From Glaucostegus cemiculus (taxonomy: Eukaryota): a stretch of DNA of 64,000 bases. The stretch covers positions 11,532,001 through 11,596,000 of the forward strand of contig CDPCPM010000054.1 of assembly GCA_976551045.1 (NCBI GenBank). Reading direction: 5' to 3'. Shown one piece after another: positions 12,901 to 25,143 of this stretch. The stretch's first letter is position 1, and every line of letters starts with the position of its first letter. The notes under the pieces were generated by a model. It was given only the letters and a program-made list of their open reading frames with translations, searched no databases and was not told the DNA's origin. A program made the position numbers and the translations under genes.

Positions 12901-13189
12901 CATCATTCTTACCAAAGGCAGTTTTTTAAAACCATGCCCAGAATGTCAATCTGCTTGTGCCCAGAAATAGGTTTCATTCCAGTTGTGGTGGTTATTAGTC
13001 CAGCTGCCTGGATTATCACTCCAGCAGTCCCTTCCTACACCAGTGGAACATAAGGCTAGATTTTTCATAAAGTATTTGGAGTGGTGTGAGCCCTGCTCCT
13101 GACACTTTATGAAAGATTTATCTTGATGCTCCAGTGTTGAGGGAATGCTTCATACTCAAAGTTAAGGTTCCTCAAATGAGATATGAATA

Positions 13190-14530
13190 GGAACAATAGA
13201 ATTGTTACAACACACAAAGAGGTCATTCAATCCATCAGGTTTATACTAGCTTCTACTATAGCAAAACTGTCAGTCCCATTTCCCCACTCTTTCCACATAG
13301 ACCTGCAAAGTTTTCTAACCCAGGAGCTATCCAACGTCCTTTCAAAACACCAGTTTATCAAATCACCCACAGGCAGTGAATTCCAGATACTCTGAGTGAA
13401 AAAGATATTCCTCACACACCCTACCCTCTTGTGGTTTTTGCCAAAGATGTTCAGTCTGTGTCCCAAGTGCTCAGAAGCAGAATCATTATCACTGAAATAT
13501 GACATGAAATTTGTTGTTTTACAGCAGCAGTACAGTGCAAGACAAAAATCTATAAATTAAAAAAATATATAGTGCAAAACAAAAAGGAATAATGAAGCAG
13601 TGTTCATGGGTTCCTGGATTATTCAAAATCTGACAGCAGAGGGGAAGAAGTTATTCCTGAATCTTTGAGTGTGGGTCTTCAGGCTCTTGTACCTCCTCCC
13701 TAATAGTAGTAACAAGAAGAGGGCATGCCCCAGATGGTGAGGGTCCTTAATGATGGATGCCACCTTCTTGAGGAACCATCTCTTGAAGATGTCCTCAAAA
13801 GTGGGAAGTATTGTGCCTGTGATTGACCTGGCTGAGTCTATAACCCACTTCAGCCTCTTGCGAGTCTGTGCATTGGAGGCTCCATACCAGGCAGTGATTC
13901 AACCAGTCAAAATGCTCTCCATTGTACATCTATAGAAATTTGCAGGAGTCTTTGGTGGCATACCAAATCTCTTCAAACTTCTAATGAAGTAGAGCTGCTG
14001 GTGTGCCTTTGTGATTGCATCAATGTGTTGGATCCAAGATAGATCCTCTGAGATGTTGACGCCAAGGAACTTGAAGCCACTCACCCTTTCCATCACCGAC
14101 TCCTCAATGAGGACTGGTGTGTGTTCTCCTGACTTCCCCTTCCTAAAGCCTACAATCAGTTCCTTGGTCTTGCCGACATTGAGTGTGAGGTTATTGTTGT
14201 GACACCACTCAACCAGCCGATCTACCTCAGTCCTGTGCGCCTTCTCATCACTATCTGAGATTTGACCAACAACAGTGGGGTCACCAAAGAATTTATAGAT
14301 GGTGTTTAAGCTGTGCTTAGCCACAATAATGAGTGCAGAGAGAGTAGGCAACTTGAATCCATTTGTACGCCTCAATCAAATGTCTTATCAATCTTCTTCA
14401 CTTCATGGAGATCAAGCTATCTTCTCCTTGTAACCAAAAGCCCTCATATCTGAAATCATTCTCTTAAATCTTTTCTGCACCCTCTCTAGAATTGTCATAT
14501 CCTTCCTTAAGTGTGGTGACTGGAAAGAAC
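13190..14530 (-). mobile_element. Old CR1 3' fragment split by a Rex1 insertion
   Basis: 13190-13475 encodes NIFFTQSIWNSLP. 14346-14530 encodes SPHLRKDMTILERVQKRFKRMI, the upstream part of the same ORF2 end. Confidence 0.65.
13476..14345 (-). mobile_element. Rex1/Babar LINE, 5'-truncated (RT C-terminus and 3'UTR)
   Basis: IYKFFGDPTVVGQISDSDEKAHRTEVDRLVEWCHNNNLTLNVGKTKELIV...NFYRCTMESILTG, typical of the Rex1 ORF C-terminal half; the catalytic FADD motif is degenerate. Confidence 0.88.
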
Positions 14531-14599
14531 TCGGGGATGAACTATGGTTTTGAAATGTGCTAAGTTCCTGCTTTTCCTCACAGCTATACCTCAAAGACT

Positions 14600-14910
14600 A
14601 TATTGTACAATATTGAAGAATTGCAGAGTTCTTGCAGGATCCTGGCTAATATTTATCATTTAGCCAACATGACAAAAATCTTGTAGTTCTTTGACCTGAA
14701 ACATCTCTCTCCACAGATGCTGCCTGACCCACTTAGTGTTTCCAGCACTTTGTTTTTGTTTCGAATTTCCAGTATCTGCAACTTTTTTGATTTTCAAAGA
14801 GTAGATTATCTTGCTATTATCATATTGCTGTCTGTGGGAGCTTGCGGAGTACAAGTTGGCTGCCACATTTTCTACATTCTAGCAGTGACTACTAACAAAG
14901 AAAGCACTTC
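14600..14910 (+). mobile_element. Deu-SINE remnant interrupted by a Penelope pLTR fragment (about 14685-14790)
   Basis: CCTGGCTAATATTTATC...CAACATGACAAAA, then GACCTGAAACATC...GATGCTGCCTGACCC...ATCTGCA, then GATTATC...TTGCTGTCTGTGGGAGCTTG. Confidence 0.6.
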
Positions 14911-16964
14911 TGAGTCTGTGGTGGCCAAACCTACTGGCCCTTGGAGCCGAATACAAAAATATTTAGACGTTCAAGAGCTGTAAAACACAACTTTTATAAA
15001 TGCATTTTTATTACTAACATTTCACACTAAAATTCATGCAAGTATTCTAAACATGTACTTGCAGCATTGTGGCTACTTACTTCCAGAGTGAGAGTCCTTG
15101 GGATTCTCCATTCTGGTCTTACAGCTTTGGAATTTCAAATTTGCTTCATTAATTGCTATAGTTTTGTTAGATCTAAGTTTACAGCCAATTCTGCAATCTC
15201 CTTCTTAACAGATTCTCATCAAAACATGGACAAATAGCACAGGTGACATTCCATTAACTCTGGAACTAACTCTGGTTATTCTGTCAGCTGGACAGAGTTA
15301 AGTTTCTTGAGACATACTAGCACTGCACTCATCCATGCAAGTTGATGTGTGGAGTGTGGATTTTTACAAGACCATTATCGTGGTATAGTGGGAGGGAGGA
15401 GCAGAGTGAAAAGGATGGAGAGGGAAGCTAGGGACAGAGCCAAGATTTCCCATGTCTTGGATTCTTCAGAAGAACACTGCATAGAATGGCATAAGAACAG
15501 CATTAATTTTAACATTACAAGATGTCTCAAAAAGCTTCACTGTAAAATTCTCTAGGTATGGCACAGGGCAAATGGACAACAGCGAGTTTAAGAGGTAAGA
15601 TTTAAGGAGCATTAAGTCTGTTTAAAACCTCCATTGTTATGACCCCTCCTGCTGTGGCAAAAACATCCCCTACATAACCCTCTCACTTTTCCACATTTCA
15701 GTAAAATCTCATCTTAGCCTTCAGTCATCTCACTTTTTCTATCTTATATCATTTTTAAGTAACTATGCAATTTATATTTTTATGCCTTTTTCAAGAAATA
15801 ATGGTTTGCAAAGGAATATTGTAAAATGGAATTTGTCTTCTGAAAGTCCTTCATTAAAAAATAACCTAGCTAAAAGTGGCCCAATGAATGTTTCACTCTC
15901 ATGTTAGTTTGTGGCTATTAAAATAATCAAATACCTATTAATATTACATAGGAATCCACTGTTGGTTTCACTTAAATTCCTTACATTGGATATCAATGTG
16001 CTTCCTAATAAAAATAAGATGAATGTACTGTTTGTTCTGTCTCGTTCTCTCTGTACACTACATAGCTGTTTTTTGATATATATACAATAACAATGTCTGT
16101 CCTTTACCTCCACTTGTGTAAAGTTGGGGTAAAGCTGGACAATTATTCTGGTAAGAGTCAAATAATTATCCTCTTTCTGAGAAAATGAAGCCTTTAGTAG
16201 AAAGAAAAAAAAAATAAGAGTCCTATATTGCATTTTTTTCCAAGCCTGCATAAGTCATAACTGGGCAATCTTAACACACAGGTCCTCTCAGGCAAAGGAG
16301 AAACCATTTCAGTGTAGTTTGCTTTGTTCTGGGACCAAGTACGTTTTGCCAAATGTATAGATTCAGCTGTGGTACAGAAACACTATTGTTCATCTAGCTA
16401 GCTATTTCCTTCAATGGAATTAGAACGAGGACTGTGGTTAATGGAGAGGCTCCTTCTTTTAAAAAAACCCAACCAATTCTAGTGCATATTTTTGCAATGT
16501 TTCTGTTATTTATGAGTTCATAGAATGGTGACTTTTGAAAGTAGTTACAGAGACTAACTCCTGTCTTACATGCCAAGAATGATATTTCAGTCATGGCAGA
16601 AATTAACCATTGTTGGGGTTTTTGCTAAACTGCCTTTGTAAAAGGAAAGTTCACTTTGCCTCTTTCAAGGATGGTAAAGATGTCAATTAAATATTCCTTA
16701 CCCTGAGATCAGCTGGGGTGCAGAATTTACTGCTGCAGTGGGGGTTGAGATGAATGGTATTGATGCAGTTAAGGGAAAGCTAAATAAGCACGAGGGGAGG
16801 GAACAGAAGAATATGCTGATATGGAGAGATGAAGAGGGGTGGGACAAAGTTTGTCCGGATCATACTGTATATACCAGCATGAAGCAGTTGAACAAAATGG
16901 CCTGTTTCTGTGCTGTGAGGGTTAGTGGTTCCTTGAACAGCCAGGTTGGGAAATGACTTTTGAT

Positions 16965-17472
16965 GGCAAAGCCGCATTTGGAGTACTGGTTATTCTGTTG
17001 TAGCAAAGATGTCATTAAGCTGGAAAGAGTACGAGGATGTTGCCAAGACTCGAGGACCTGAATGATCAGGAGAGGTTAGGCAGACTATGACTTTATTCCC
17101 TGGAGCAAAGGAGACCAAGGGGTGACCTTAGAAAGGTGTCTAAAATCATGAGGGACATGGATAAGGTGAATGTACAGTTTTTTTCCCCAGGGAAAGGGAA
17201 TCAAAAACTAGAGGGCATAGGTCAAAGGCGAAAGGGGAAAGATTTAAAAGGGATCTGAGGGGCAACTTCTTCATGCAGAGGGTGGTGCCTATGTGGGATA
17301 AGCTACCAGAGGAAGTGGTTGAGGCAGGTACAATAACATTTAAAACGCATTTGGACAGGTACATGGATAAGAAAGGTTTGGAGGGATACAGGCAAATGGG
17401 ACTAGCTTTGATGGGCATCTTGGTGGGCATGGATGAGGTGGGCTGAAGGCCCTGTTTCTGCTATGTCTCTGT
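16965..17472 (+). mobile_element. CR1 3' fragment
   Basis: CCGCATTTGGAGTA start, GATCTGAGGGGCAACTTCTTCATGCAGAGGGTGGTG, tail GGGCTGAAGGCCCTGTTTCTG. Confidence 0.85.
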
Positions 17473-17579
17473 GAAGAGACTTTAGGGTCAGAGTCAGCTG
17501 TAATGCTCCAGCTAATATGTTTAGGGTGGTGGCTTGGATAATCTATTGGAGAAGCATCACCATCAGTGGGGAAAACTAT

Positions 17580-17806
17580 GGCGCCATAGTGTAGTGGTTA
17601 GCATAATGCTATTACAGTGCCAGCAACCTGGGTTCAATTTCGGCCACTGTCTGTAAGGAGCTTGTACGTTCTCCCCGTGTCTGTGTGGGTTTCCCCCCAC
17701 ATTCCAAAGGCATACATGTTAGGAGTTGTGGGCATGCTATGTTGGTGCCAGAAACATGGCGATGCATTTCATTGTTTCAATGTACACATGACTAAAATAA
17801 ACCTTA
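17580..17806 (+). mobile_element. V-SINE (HE1-related subfamily)
   Basis: TAGTGTAGTGG A-box, GGTTCAATT B-box remnant, V domain CTGTAAGGAGCTTGTACGTTCTCCCCGTG. Homologous to 53667-53905. Confidence 0.75.
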
Positions 17807-18454
17807 TCAGTGTGGGGAAGTGTGAAGTCATTTTCTATGGATCTACAAAAGGTAGACTGGGACACTTCCTTACTGTAAATGTCTAGTACCTAGTGGGGAT
17901 TGGAGGAGAGGGCACGATGGGGAGAACATAGTGGGAAAGGGTGGATGGAAGCAAAGGGATTTAAGTATCTACCAACACAGATCATTAAACATTTGTTAAT
18001 AGATATGCAAAGTAATCAAGAGACTCTTAGAAAATGGTGGTAATGAATTCCATGACCCAATGAAGAATCTAGAATGTCAGGTGGATGTCTTAGCCATTGT
18101 GATTATAGAAGGATATTGTCCACCTTTTTATCAAGCATACTGCTCAGCAGCTTGACACCAAGAAGTCACTACTTGACAAGCATTACAATATTACTAAGAA
18201 CAGAAATTGCTGGCCAGGCAGCATCTGTGGAAAGAGAAACTGTTCAAGTTTCAGGTCTGATATCCCCACCTGCAATTATTTTGATTTTCATTATGATACT
18301 GAGGCAGGTTTTGTTCACCTAGAGCAAATCTCAGTTGTGTGTTAATGACAATTAGCACACCAAGTCTCAGTGTAGAGTGCTGATTGCTTGAAAGGAAGTA
18401 GCTAGCATTAACTATCTATAATCCAGTGTATGCCACATGAACATATCCAATATC

Positions 18455-18735
18455 TGTCAGCTGGGCTCAGTGGAAACATTCATACTTCTGGGTTAGACGG
18501 CTGAGTTTCAAGTCCCACTCCAGAGACATGACCACAATGTCTAGGCAGACTCTCTCAGATCAGGGCTGTGATAGTGCTACAATGTCAGAGGGGCCACCTT
18601 TTGGGTGAGATGTAAAAATCAAGATCCCATCTGCTCTCAGGTAGCCATGAATGATCCCTTGGAATAACTTTGAGAGAAGAGCAAATAAGTTCTTCTCACC
18701 AATATTGATCCCTTATTTACAACACTAAAACATTA
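18455..18735 (+). mobile_element. Deu-domain SINE, degenerate
   Basis: GGCTCAGTGG...TTCAAGTCCCACTCCAGAGAC head; GAAGAGCA...CCAATATTGATCCC core. Confidence 0.7.
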
Positions 18736-18739
18736 ACAT

Positions 18740-18875
18740 CAGTCCATATGAAGGGTCTCGACCCAAAATGTCAACCATCCATTTCCTTCCAATAGATGCT
18801 GCCTGACTAGTTGAGTTCCTCCCACATTTTGGGTATTGCTCAAGATTCCAGCGTCTGCATCTCCTTGTGCCTCTA
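18740..18875 (+). mobile_element. Penelope pLTR fragment with degenerate hammerhead motif
   Basis: AGTC CATATGA AGGGTCTCGACCC AAAAT GTC AACC, then GATGCTGCCTGAC...GATTCCAGCGTCTGCA. Confidence 0.7.
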
Positions 18876-19029
18876 AAATTGGTTGTTATCCCATGGTGGA
18901 TTATGTGGCCTCACCCTGTGTGAGGATGGTGACCACTGTATGAAAGTATTTCATAAGCTGCAAAACACTTAGTAATGTTCTGGGTTTGTTTTCGTGTTTC
19001 TTTGTATACAGTTACATCAATAAAGGTGT

Positions 19030-19540
19030 GACACATGATTCTGCAGATGCTGGAATCTAGAGCAACACACACACAATGCTGGAGGAACTCAGCAGGTCAG
19101 TCAGCATCCTGCAGTCATGCTGAGCTCATCAACATTGCCTCCAACTTCCACCTGCCCTCAAGTTTACTTGGTCCATCTCTAACACCTCTCTCCCCTTTCT
19201 TGATCACTGTCTCCATCTCTGGAGACAGATTATCTACCGACATCTTTTACAAACCCACTGACTCCCACAGTCACCTTGATTACACCTCTTCCCACCCTGT
19301 CACTTGCAAGGATGCTATTCCCTTCTCTCAGTTCCCCGGCATCATCTGTTCCCATGATGAAGCCTTCCTTTCCAGGATATCCAAAATGTCCTCCCTTTCC
19401 AGTAAATGGGGTTTCCCTCCCACCACTATTAAAGCAGCCTTCACCCACTTCTCCATTTCCCACACGTCTGCCCTCACCCCATTCCTTCCACACACACCCC
19501 CACCCCACCACAAACATAACAGGGATAGAATTCCTTTTGC
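19030..19540 (+). mobile_element. Penelope-like element fragment: inverted pLTR (19030-19108) joined to RT C-terminal segment
   Basis: SISGDRLSTDIFYKPTDSHSHLDYTSSHPVTCKDAIPFSQF is the PLE RT C-terminal motif. A 5' inverted terminal segment is a known PLE structure. Confidence 0.85.
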
Positions 19541-19905
19541 TGCATTGGCCTTCATTAGACAGGGCATTGCGTTCAAGATCCACCAGGTAATGTTGCAGCT
19601 CCATAAAAACCCTGGTTAGACTACACTTGGAGTATTGTGTTCAGTTCTGTTCACCTCATTATAGGAAGGATGTGGAAGTTTTAGAGAGGGTGCAGAGGAG
19701 ATTTACCAGGAAGCTGCCTGGATTGGAGAGCATGTCTTATGAGGATAGGTTGAGTGAGCTGGGGCTTCTCTCTTTGGAGTGAAGGATGATGAGAGGTGAC
19801 TTGATAATTATCCAGAGACGTGGAGCTAAAGTGGGAAAAGTGGGGTTGAGCCGCAGGTTAGAGCAGCTTTATCTAACTGAATGATGGAACAGCTTCAAGG
19901 GAATT
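19540..19905 (+). mobile_element. CR1 ORF2 3' fragment(s)
   Basis: [39 protein letters not shown]. Confidence 0.8.
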
Positions 19906-20179
19906 CCCCTGTGCAAATTGTATGGCTTGAATATATGAATTAAAAGGAAAGGGCAGCTTGACCTTAACACCCGTGTTTGAGGAAACCATTGCATTTACTC
20001 ATTAATTCTAATTAAACTGCTAATTCCTTCTTTAACAAGTTACAGCATCTCTCAGCATCTGCCAACCACCTTCAAACAAATGGCAAACTTGCATTCTGAG
20101 AATTTCTTGTACTTCTTAAGCTAATTTTGATTTCATCCAGACAGTATAAATCTGCCATCAAACAGGACACATTTATTGA

Positions 20180-20850
20180 TCAACACACAAAATGCTAGAG
20201 GAACTCACCAGGTCAGGCAGCATCTATGGAGGGAAAGGAATAGTTGATGTTTCAGGTCGAGACCCTTCATCGGGACTGGAAAGGAAGAGGGCAGAAGCCA
20301 GAATAAAAAGGCAAGGGGAGGGGGGAGGAGTACAAGATGGCAGGTGATAGGTTAGTCCAGGTGGGATGGTGGGTAGGGGAGTGGGGATGAAAGGGAATGA
20401 TGAGAGAACCTGGGAGGTGATAAGTGGAAGAGACAAAGGGCTGAAGGAGGAGGAATTTGGTAGGTGAGGACAGTAGACCATGGAAGAAAGGGTAGGTGGC
20501 AAACTAGAGGGGATGGTGGGCAGGGAGGGGAAGAGAAGGGTGAGTGGGCCACAGAAATGAGGGAAAACAAAGGGGGGGGTGAAAAGGAGGGAAAATAAAG
20601 GGGAGGGGTTACTGGAAGTTAGAGAAACCATTGCTGATGCCATCAGGTTGGAGACTACCAAGACGCAATGTGAGGTGTTCCTCCTCCAACCTGCATCTGG
20701 CCTCAATGTGGCAGTAGAGAAGGCCGTGGATAGACATGTCAGTATGGGAATGGGAAGTGAAATTGAGGTGGATGGCCACTGGGAGATCCTGGCTGCTGCT
20801 GCGGACAGAGTAAAGGTTCTCGGTAAAGCGGTTACCCAAACTGTGTCAGG
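20180..20850 (-). mobile_element. Penelope-like element 3' end: GIY-YIG endonuclease C-terminus, pyrimidine-rich UTR, pLTR
   Basis: GNRFTENLYSV...PVAIHLNFTSHSHTDMSIHGLLYCHIEARCRLEEEHLTLRLGSLQPDGI (PLE HF...P.GLN-type C-terminus), followed by the terminal repeat carrying the hammerhead-like motif. Confidence 0.88.
20242..20278 (-). ncRNA. Degenerate minimal type I hammerhead ribozyme motif in PLE pLTR
   Basis: Reverse complement CAGTC CCGATGA AGGGTCTCGACCT GAAAC ATC AACT versus the core CUGANGA-stem II-GAAAC-GUH. Core carries mutations, probably inactive. Confidence 0.6.
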
Positions 20851-20929
20851 TATCACCAGTGTAAAGGAGGCTGCACTATTCCTGCCCTTGTGACAGCTAA
20901 GCCTCTGTGATGGCCACAACATTGTAGTT

Positions 20930-22440
20930 CCATGTACTTACCTATGCTCTAAGTTCATCACCCTTGTTCCTGATACTTCTCGCATTAAAGTAGACGCACT
21001 TCAGCCCATCCAACTGACTGTAATTTTGCCCTTTCAGTTGCCTATCCTTCCTCAGTCTTTCTACATGCTGCATCTACTTTTACACTAAATGCACCAACCT
21101 CTGACTTATCACTCAGGTTCCCATCCCCCTATCAAACTACATTAAACCCTCCCCAACAGTTCAAGCAAACCTGCCCGCAAGAATATTGGTCCCCCTCCAG
21201 TTCAGGCGTAACCCGGCCCTTTTGTACAGGTCATACCTTCCCCAGAATAGATCCCAATGATCCACAAATCTGAAACCCTGCTCTCTGCACTAACTCCTCA
21301 GCCATATTCATCTGCCAAATCAACCTATTCTTCCCCTCAATGGTGCATGACACAGGCAACAATCCAGAGATTATTACCCTTGAGGTCCTGCTTTTCAGCT
21401 TCCTACCTAACTCCTTATAGTCCCTCTTCAGGACCTCATCTCTTTTCCAATTTATGTCATTGGTACCAATATGTACCACAACTTCTGGCTGTTCACCCTC
21501 CCCCTACAGAGGGCTGTGGACCCAGTCTGAGACATCCCAGACCCTGGCATCCAGGAGTCTCTTTCACATCCATAGAATCGCCTGTCAGCCCCCATTACTA
21601 TTGAATCCCCTATTATTACTACTCTCCTCTTCTCCACCCTTCACTTCTGCACCACACAACCAGGCTCAGTGCCAGAGACCTGGTCACTGCAGCTTTGTCT
21701 GGTAGGTCATCCCTCCCCCACAGCAGTAGCCAAAAGTGGTATACCTTTTATTCAGGGGAATGGTCACAGATGTACTCTGCACTACTTGCCCAGTCTCCTT
21801 GCTTCTCCTGACAGTCACCCAGCTACCTACCACCTGCAGCTTAGGAGTGACTGCCTCCCTGTAGCTCTTATCTATGAACTCATCTTTCTCCCATAGGAGC
21901 CAAAGGTCATCCAGCTGCAGCTCCAGTTAGAACATAGGTACCTACAGCACAATTCAGGCCCCTCGGCCCACAAAGCTGTGCCGAACATGTCCCCACACTA
22001 TTAGGCTTACCCATAACCTTCTATCTTATTTACCTCCATGTACCTATCCAACAGTCTCTTGAAAGACCCTAACGTATCCGCCTCCACCACCATCTCCAGT
22101 TCCCTAACACAGTCTGTAAGGAGCTGCAGCTGGATGCATCTCATGCAGATGTAGCTATCAGGGAGACGGGATGTGTCCCAGAATTCCCACACCTCACACA
22201 ATGAACACACTACTGACCCTGGAGCCATTCTAACTACTCTGGCCTGCAACTAAAGGAAGAATCAAAGAGCTAGAGCCAGTCCAACAATGGCCACTCTGCT
22301 TGCCCCCTTCTTTTTATTGTCTGCTGTTAATTAGCTAATCAACTATTAATAATTTGCAAATGTGCCTCATTTAGACTCCTGCAAGGTGAAGCTCCCAAGC
22401 ACAAGCACAGGGGCTCACCTCTTTTCAAAGCTCCTGCTCC
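20930..22440 (-). mobile_element. CR1 LINE 5' part: 5'UTR, ORF1 (Cys-rich finger plus SGNH/GDSL esterase), start of ORF2
   Basis: VVCSLCEVWE...YICMRCIQLQLLTDCVRELE; VVIIGDSIV (GDS block); VHIGTND (GxND block); VIISGLLPV. Frameshifted. Confidence 0.88.
21929..22093 (-). mobile_element. Young CR1 3' end inserted in CR1 ORF1, 8-bp TSD
   Basis: CTCCAGTT at 21921-21928 and 22094-22101. Insert encodes VVEADTLGSFKRLLDRYME plus a 3'UTR close to 34118-34422 and 58945-59617. Confidence 0.9.
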
Positions 22441-23229
22441 AAATCTCTCTCCAACACCCTACTCTGCCAGGTGGAACACACAAGCGCATAGTTCTTACTA
22501 TAGGTCTGCCCATTCCCTATGTGTATCCAACCACAGCACCCTTCTTCCCTGCTCCTGCAGCACATTCACCTCACATCCATTCCTTGCCAGGCTGCTGAGA
22601 TAGGATCGCACTTTGATCTCTGAAATCCAGGCAAGGATGTGGAAGAGGAATAGGGAGGAAATCTGGCAATATTCCAGTACCCTTGGGTCATAGAATATAC
22701 AGAGGCAAAGTCCCCAAGTACTAAAGTGAGGTAGACAGCCATGTGTGAGTGATCGTAAGGCAGTGATCCGAGGACTCAGATGGTGTCACCAGCTGTGAGA
22801 GTGAAGCTTAAACTGCTACATTCCTGATCTGAGCCAGGGCTCCCTTGAAACCTGGTATGAGCTTTCTAAAATAAATCTCATAAATTGTGCTGCTAATCTC
22901 AGGCGAAGGCTTTATTTGCTCTTGTATCGTTGTGCCCTTGGCTGCCTTCTCTTGTCACTGACGCTCATGTTGCAGGAGGTTACCATTTTGTGACATCTTT
23001 ACTCCAAGCTCATTCAGCCCACACATGTGGCTGTTGGCAGCAAGTGTAAACAGCCATCGCGTACTTGTTCTTTTTTTAAACCATGCCTGAACGGTTTCAG
23101 CCCACGTGCTCAACAAATGGGCAATAAGTGCTGACCTTGCAATGAAAACAATCTCCTGAAAAATAAATTGAAAACAGTATGGTTGAGCTCTTTCTGGATT
23201 CTTTAATTCATTTTTGGGCAGACAGTATA

Positions 23230-24740
23230 TTGTCATTGCAAGGCCTGCATTTATTGCTCATCTTTCTCATTGTGCTTGAAATGGTAGTGAGCTGCCTTCT
23301 TAAATCACTGCAATCCTTCTGGTGAAGGTACTCCCACAGTGCTGTTGGGGAAAGGAATTGCAGGATTGAGACCCAGCAACAATGAAGCACCAGCAACGTA
23401 CTTCCAAGTCAAGATGGCACGTGACTTGGAGGGAATTTGAAGGTGCTGCCCTTGTCTCTCTTGGTGTTTGATGTCAAGGTTTGGGAGGTACTACCAGCAT
23501 AGCCTGAGTGAGTAAATTCAACACATTTTTAAATGGTTCATACTACAGCCACAGTGGTGGAGAGATAGGCATGAAGTGGGCTGCTTTATCCTCGATGGTG
23601 CAGATTTTGTGAGGGTTAGTGGAGCTGCATTCATCCAGGCCAGTGGAGAATATTCCATCATATACCTGACTTGTGTCTTGTAGATGGTGGAAAGGACTTT
23701 AGGGTGGGGGGGTTGGGGGGTTTGGGGTCAGCAGGTGAGCCACTCAGCACAAGATGCCCAGCCATAGAATTTATACAAATGGTCCAGTTGACTTTCTGGT
23801 CATTGGTGACCCCAGGGTACATATGGTGAGGAATTTGGTGATGGTAATGCCCTTGGATATCAAAGAGGGTTGATATCCAAGAGACTGATATCCAAGGTGG
23901 GTTGATATATTCCCCCTCGTTGGAGATAGTCATTGCCTGACAGTTTTCTGGTGTGAATGTTACTTGCCACTAATCTGCTCCTGTTGAATGTTGTCTCGGT
24001 CTTTTTGCGTGCCGACATGTGGTGCTTTATTTGCTGTGAATGGTATTGAACATTGTGGAATCATCAGTGAACATCCCCATATCTGATGCTATAATGGAAA
24101 CAAGGTCACCGATGAAGCAGCTGTAGATGGTTGGGTCATCCTGTGTAACACCCGCAGTGATGTCCTGGGGATAGGATGCTTGACTTGTAACAAACACAGC
24201 TGTCTTCCTTTGTGCAAGAATTTTCTGCAGCCATTGGAGTGTTTTCCCAGTGATATCCATTGACTTCAGTCTTACTAGGCGTCCTTGGTTCCACACTCAG
24301 TCAAATGTTGCCTTGATGTCGAGAACAATTAATCTCACCTCACCTATGGAATCAGTTCTTCGATCCATATCTTCACCAAGGTTATGATGAGCTTTTTGGT
24401 AAAACCCAAACTGGGCACCAGTGAGTGGGTTATTGGTGACTAAACGCCACTTGATGGCTGTTGTAATTCTCCTGTGTTTTATGGACGGGACATACCTAGG
24501 CAACTTTTCAATTTGTTGGATGGATGCCAATGTACTGAAACAGCTTTGCCGATGATGCAGCTAATTCTGGAGCACAGGTCTTCAGTACTACAGCTTGGTC
24601 CCTGTAGGCTTTATTATATCCAATAACAGTTTCTTGATATCACAAGTAGTGAATCAGTTTGGCTGTGGTCTGGCTTCCGTGATAGTGGGGATCTCAGGAA
24701 GAGGCCAAAGTTAATCATTCACTCTGAACTTCTGGTGGAA
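23230..24740 (-). mobile_element. Old CR1-group LINE, RT to 3' end
   Basis: AQFGF; LIVLDIKATFD (RT); MFTDDSTMF (FADD remnant); 3' tail GAGCAATAAATGCAGGCC. Confidence 0.8.
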
Positions 24741-24904
24741 CATGAATGAAAATTCTTCTGCAATGGAGCAGTGAGCAGCAAAGAGTCATATGTGGCAGAG
24801 AATGCTCCTGAGTCAAGGTATCTGAGAGTGATGGTGACCTCAACTTTCACAATGAGATCAGTGGGCCTATTTGAAGGAATTTGTACTTGTGGCTTTTTGG
24901 GACC

Positions 24905-25143
24905 ACAGGTATGAGCAAGGACAGGTTTGAGGGTGAACTGGTCTGAGTGAGGACTGGTGTGAGTGAAGACTGGTGTGAGTGAAGACTGGTGTGAGTGAGG
25001 ACAGGTTTGAGTGAGGACAGGCTTGAGTGAACACAGGTTTGAGTGAGCACAGGTTTGAGGGCAGACAGGTGTGAGTGAGGACAGATTTGAGGGAGGACAG
25101 GTTTGAGGGAGGACGGGTTTGAGGGAGGACAGGTGTGAGTGAG
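24905..25143. repeat. 16-bp minisatellite, about 14-15 imperfect units (GAGTGAGGACAGGTTT / GAGTGAAGACTGGTGT)
   Basis: Tandem units read directly. Confidence 0.9.

Noticed and set aside
15075-15180. Minus-strand exon ending at a GTAAGT donor
   Set aside because: No convincing acceptor and the peptide is not recognisable.
19030-20850. One complete Penelope element
   Set aside because: RT and GIY-YIG pieces are on opposite strands and separated by CR1 and unique sequence; treated as separate copies.
20224-20922. 232-aa ORF as a real protein
   Set aside because: Off-frame reading of the Penelope 3' end and its pyrimidine-rich UTR, which is depleted of stop codons.
24905-25143. CRISPR-like array
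   Set aside because: Contiguous 16-bp units with no unique spacers, no cas genes, eukaryotic context.
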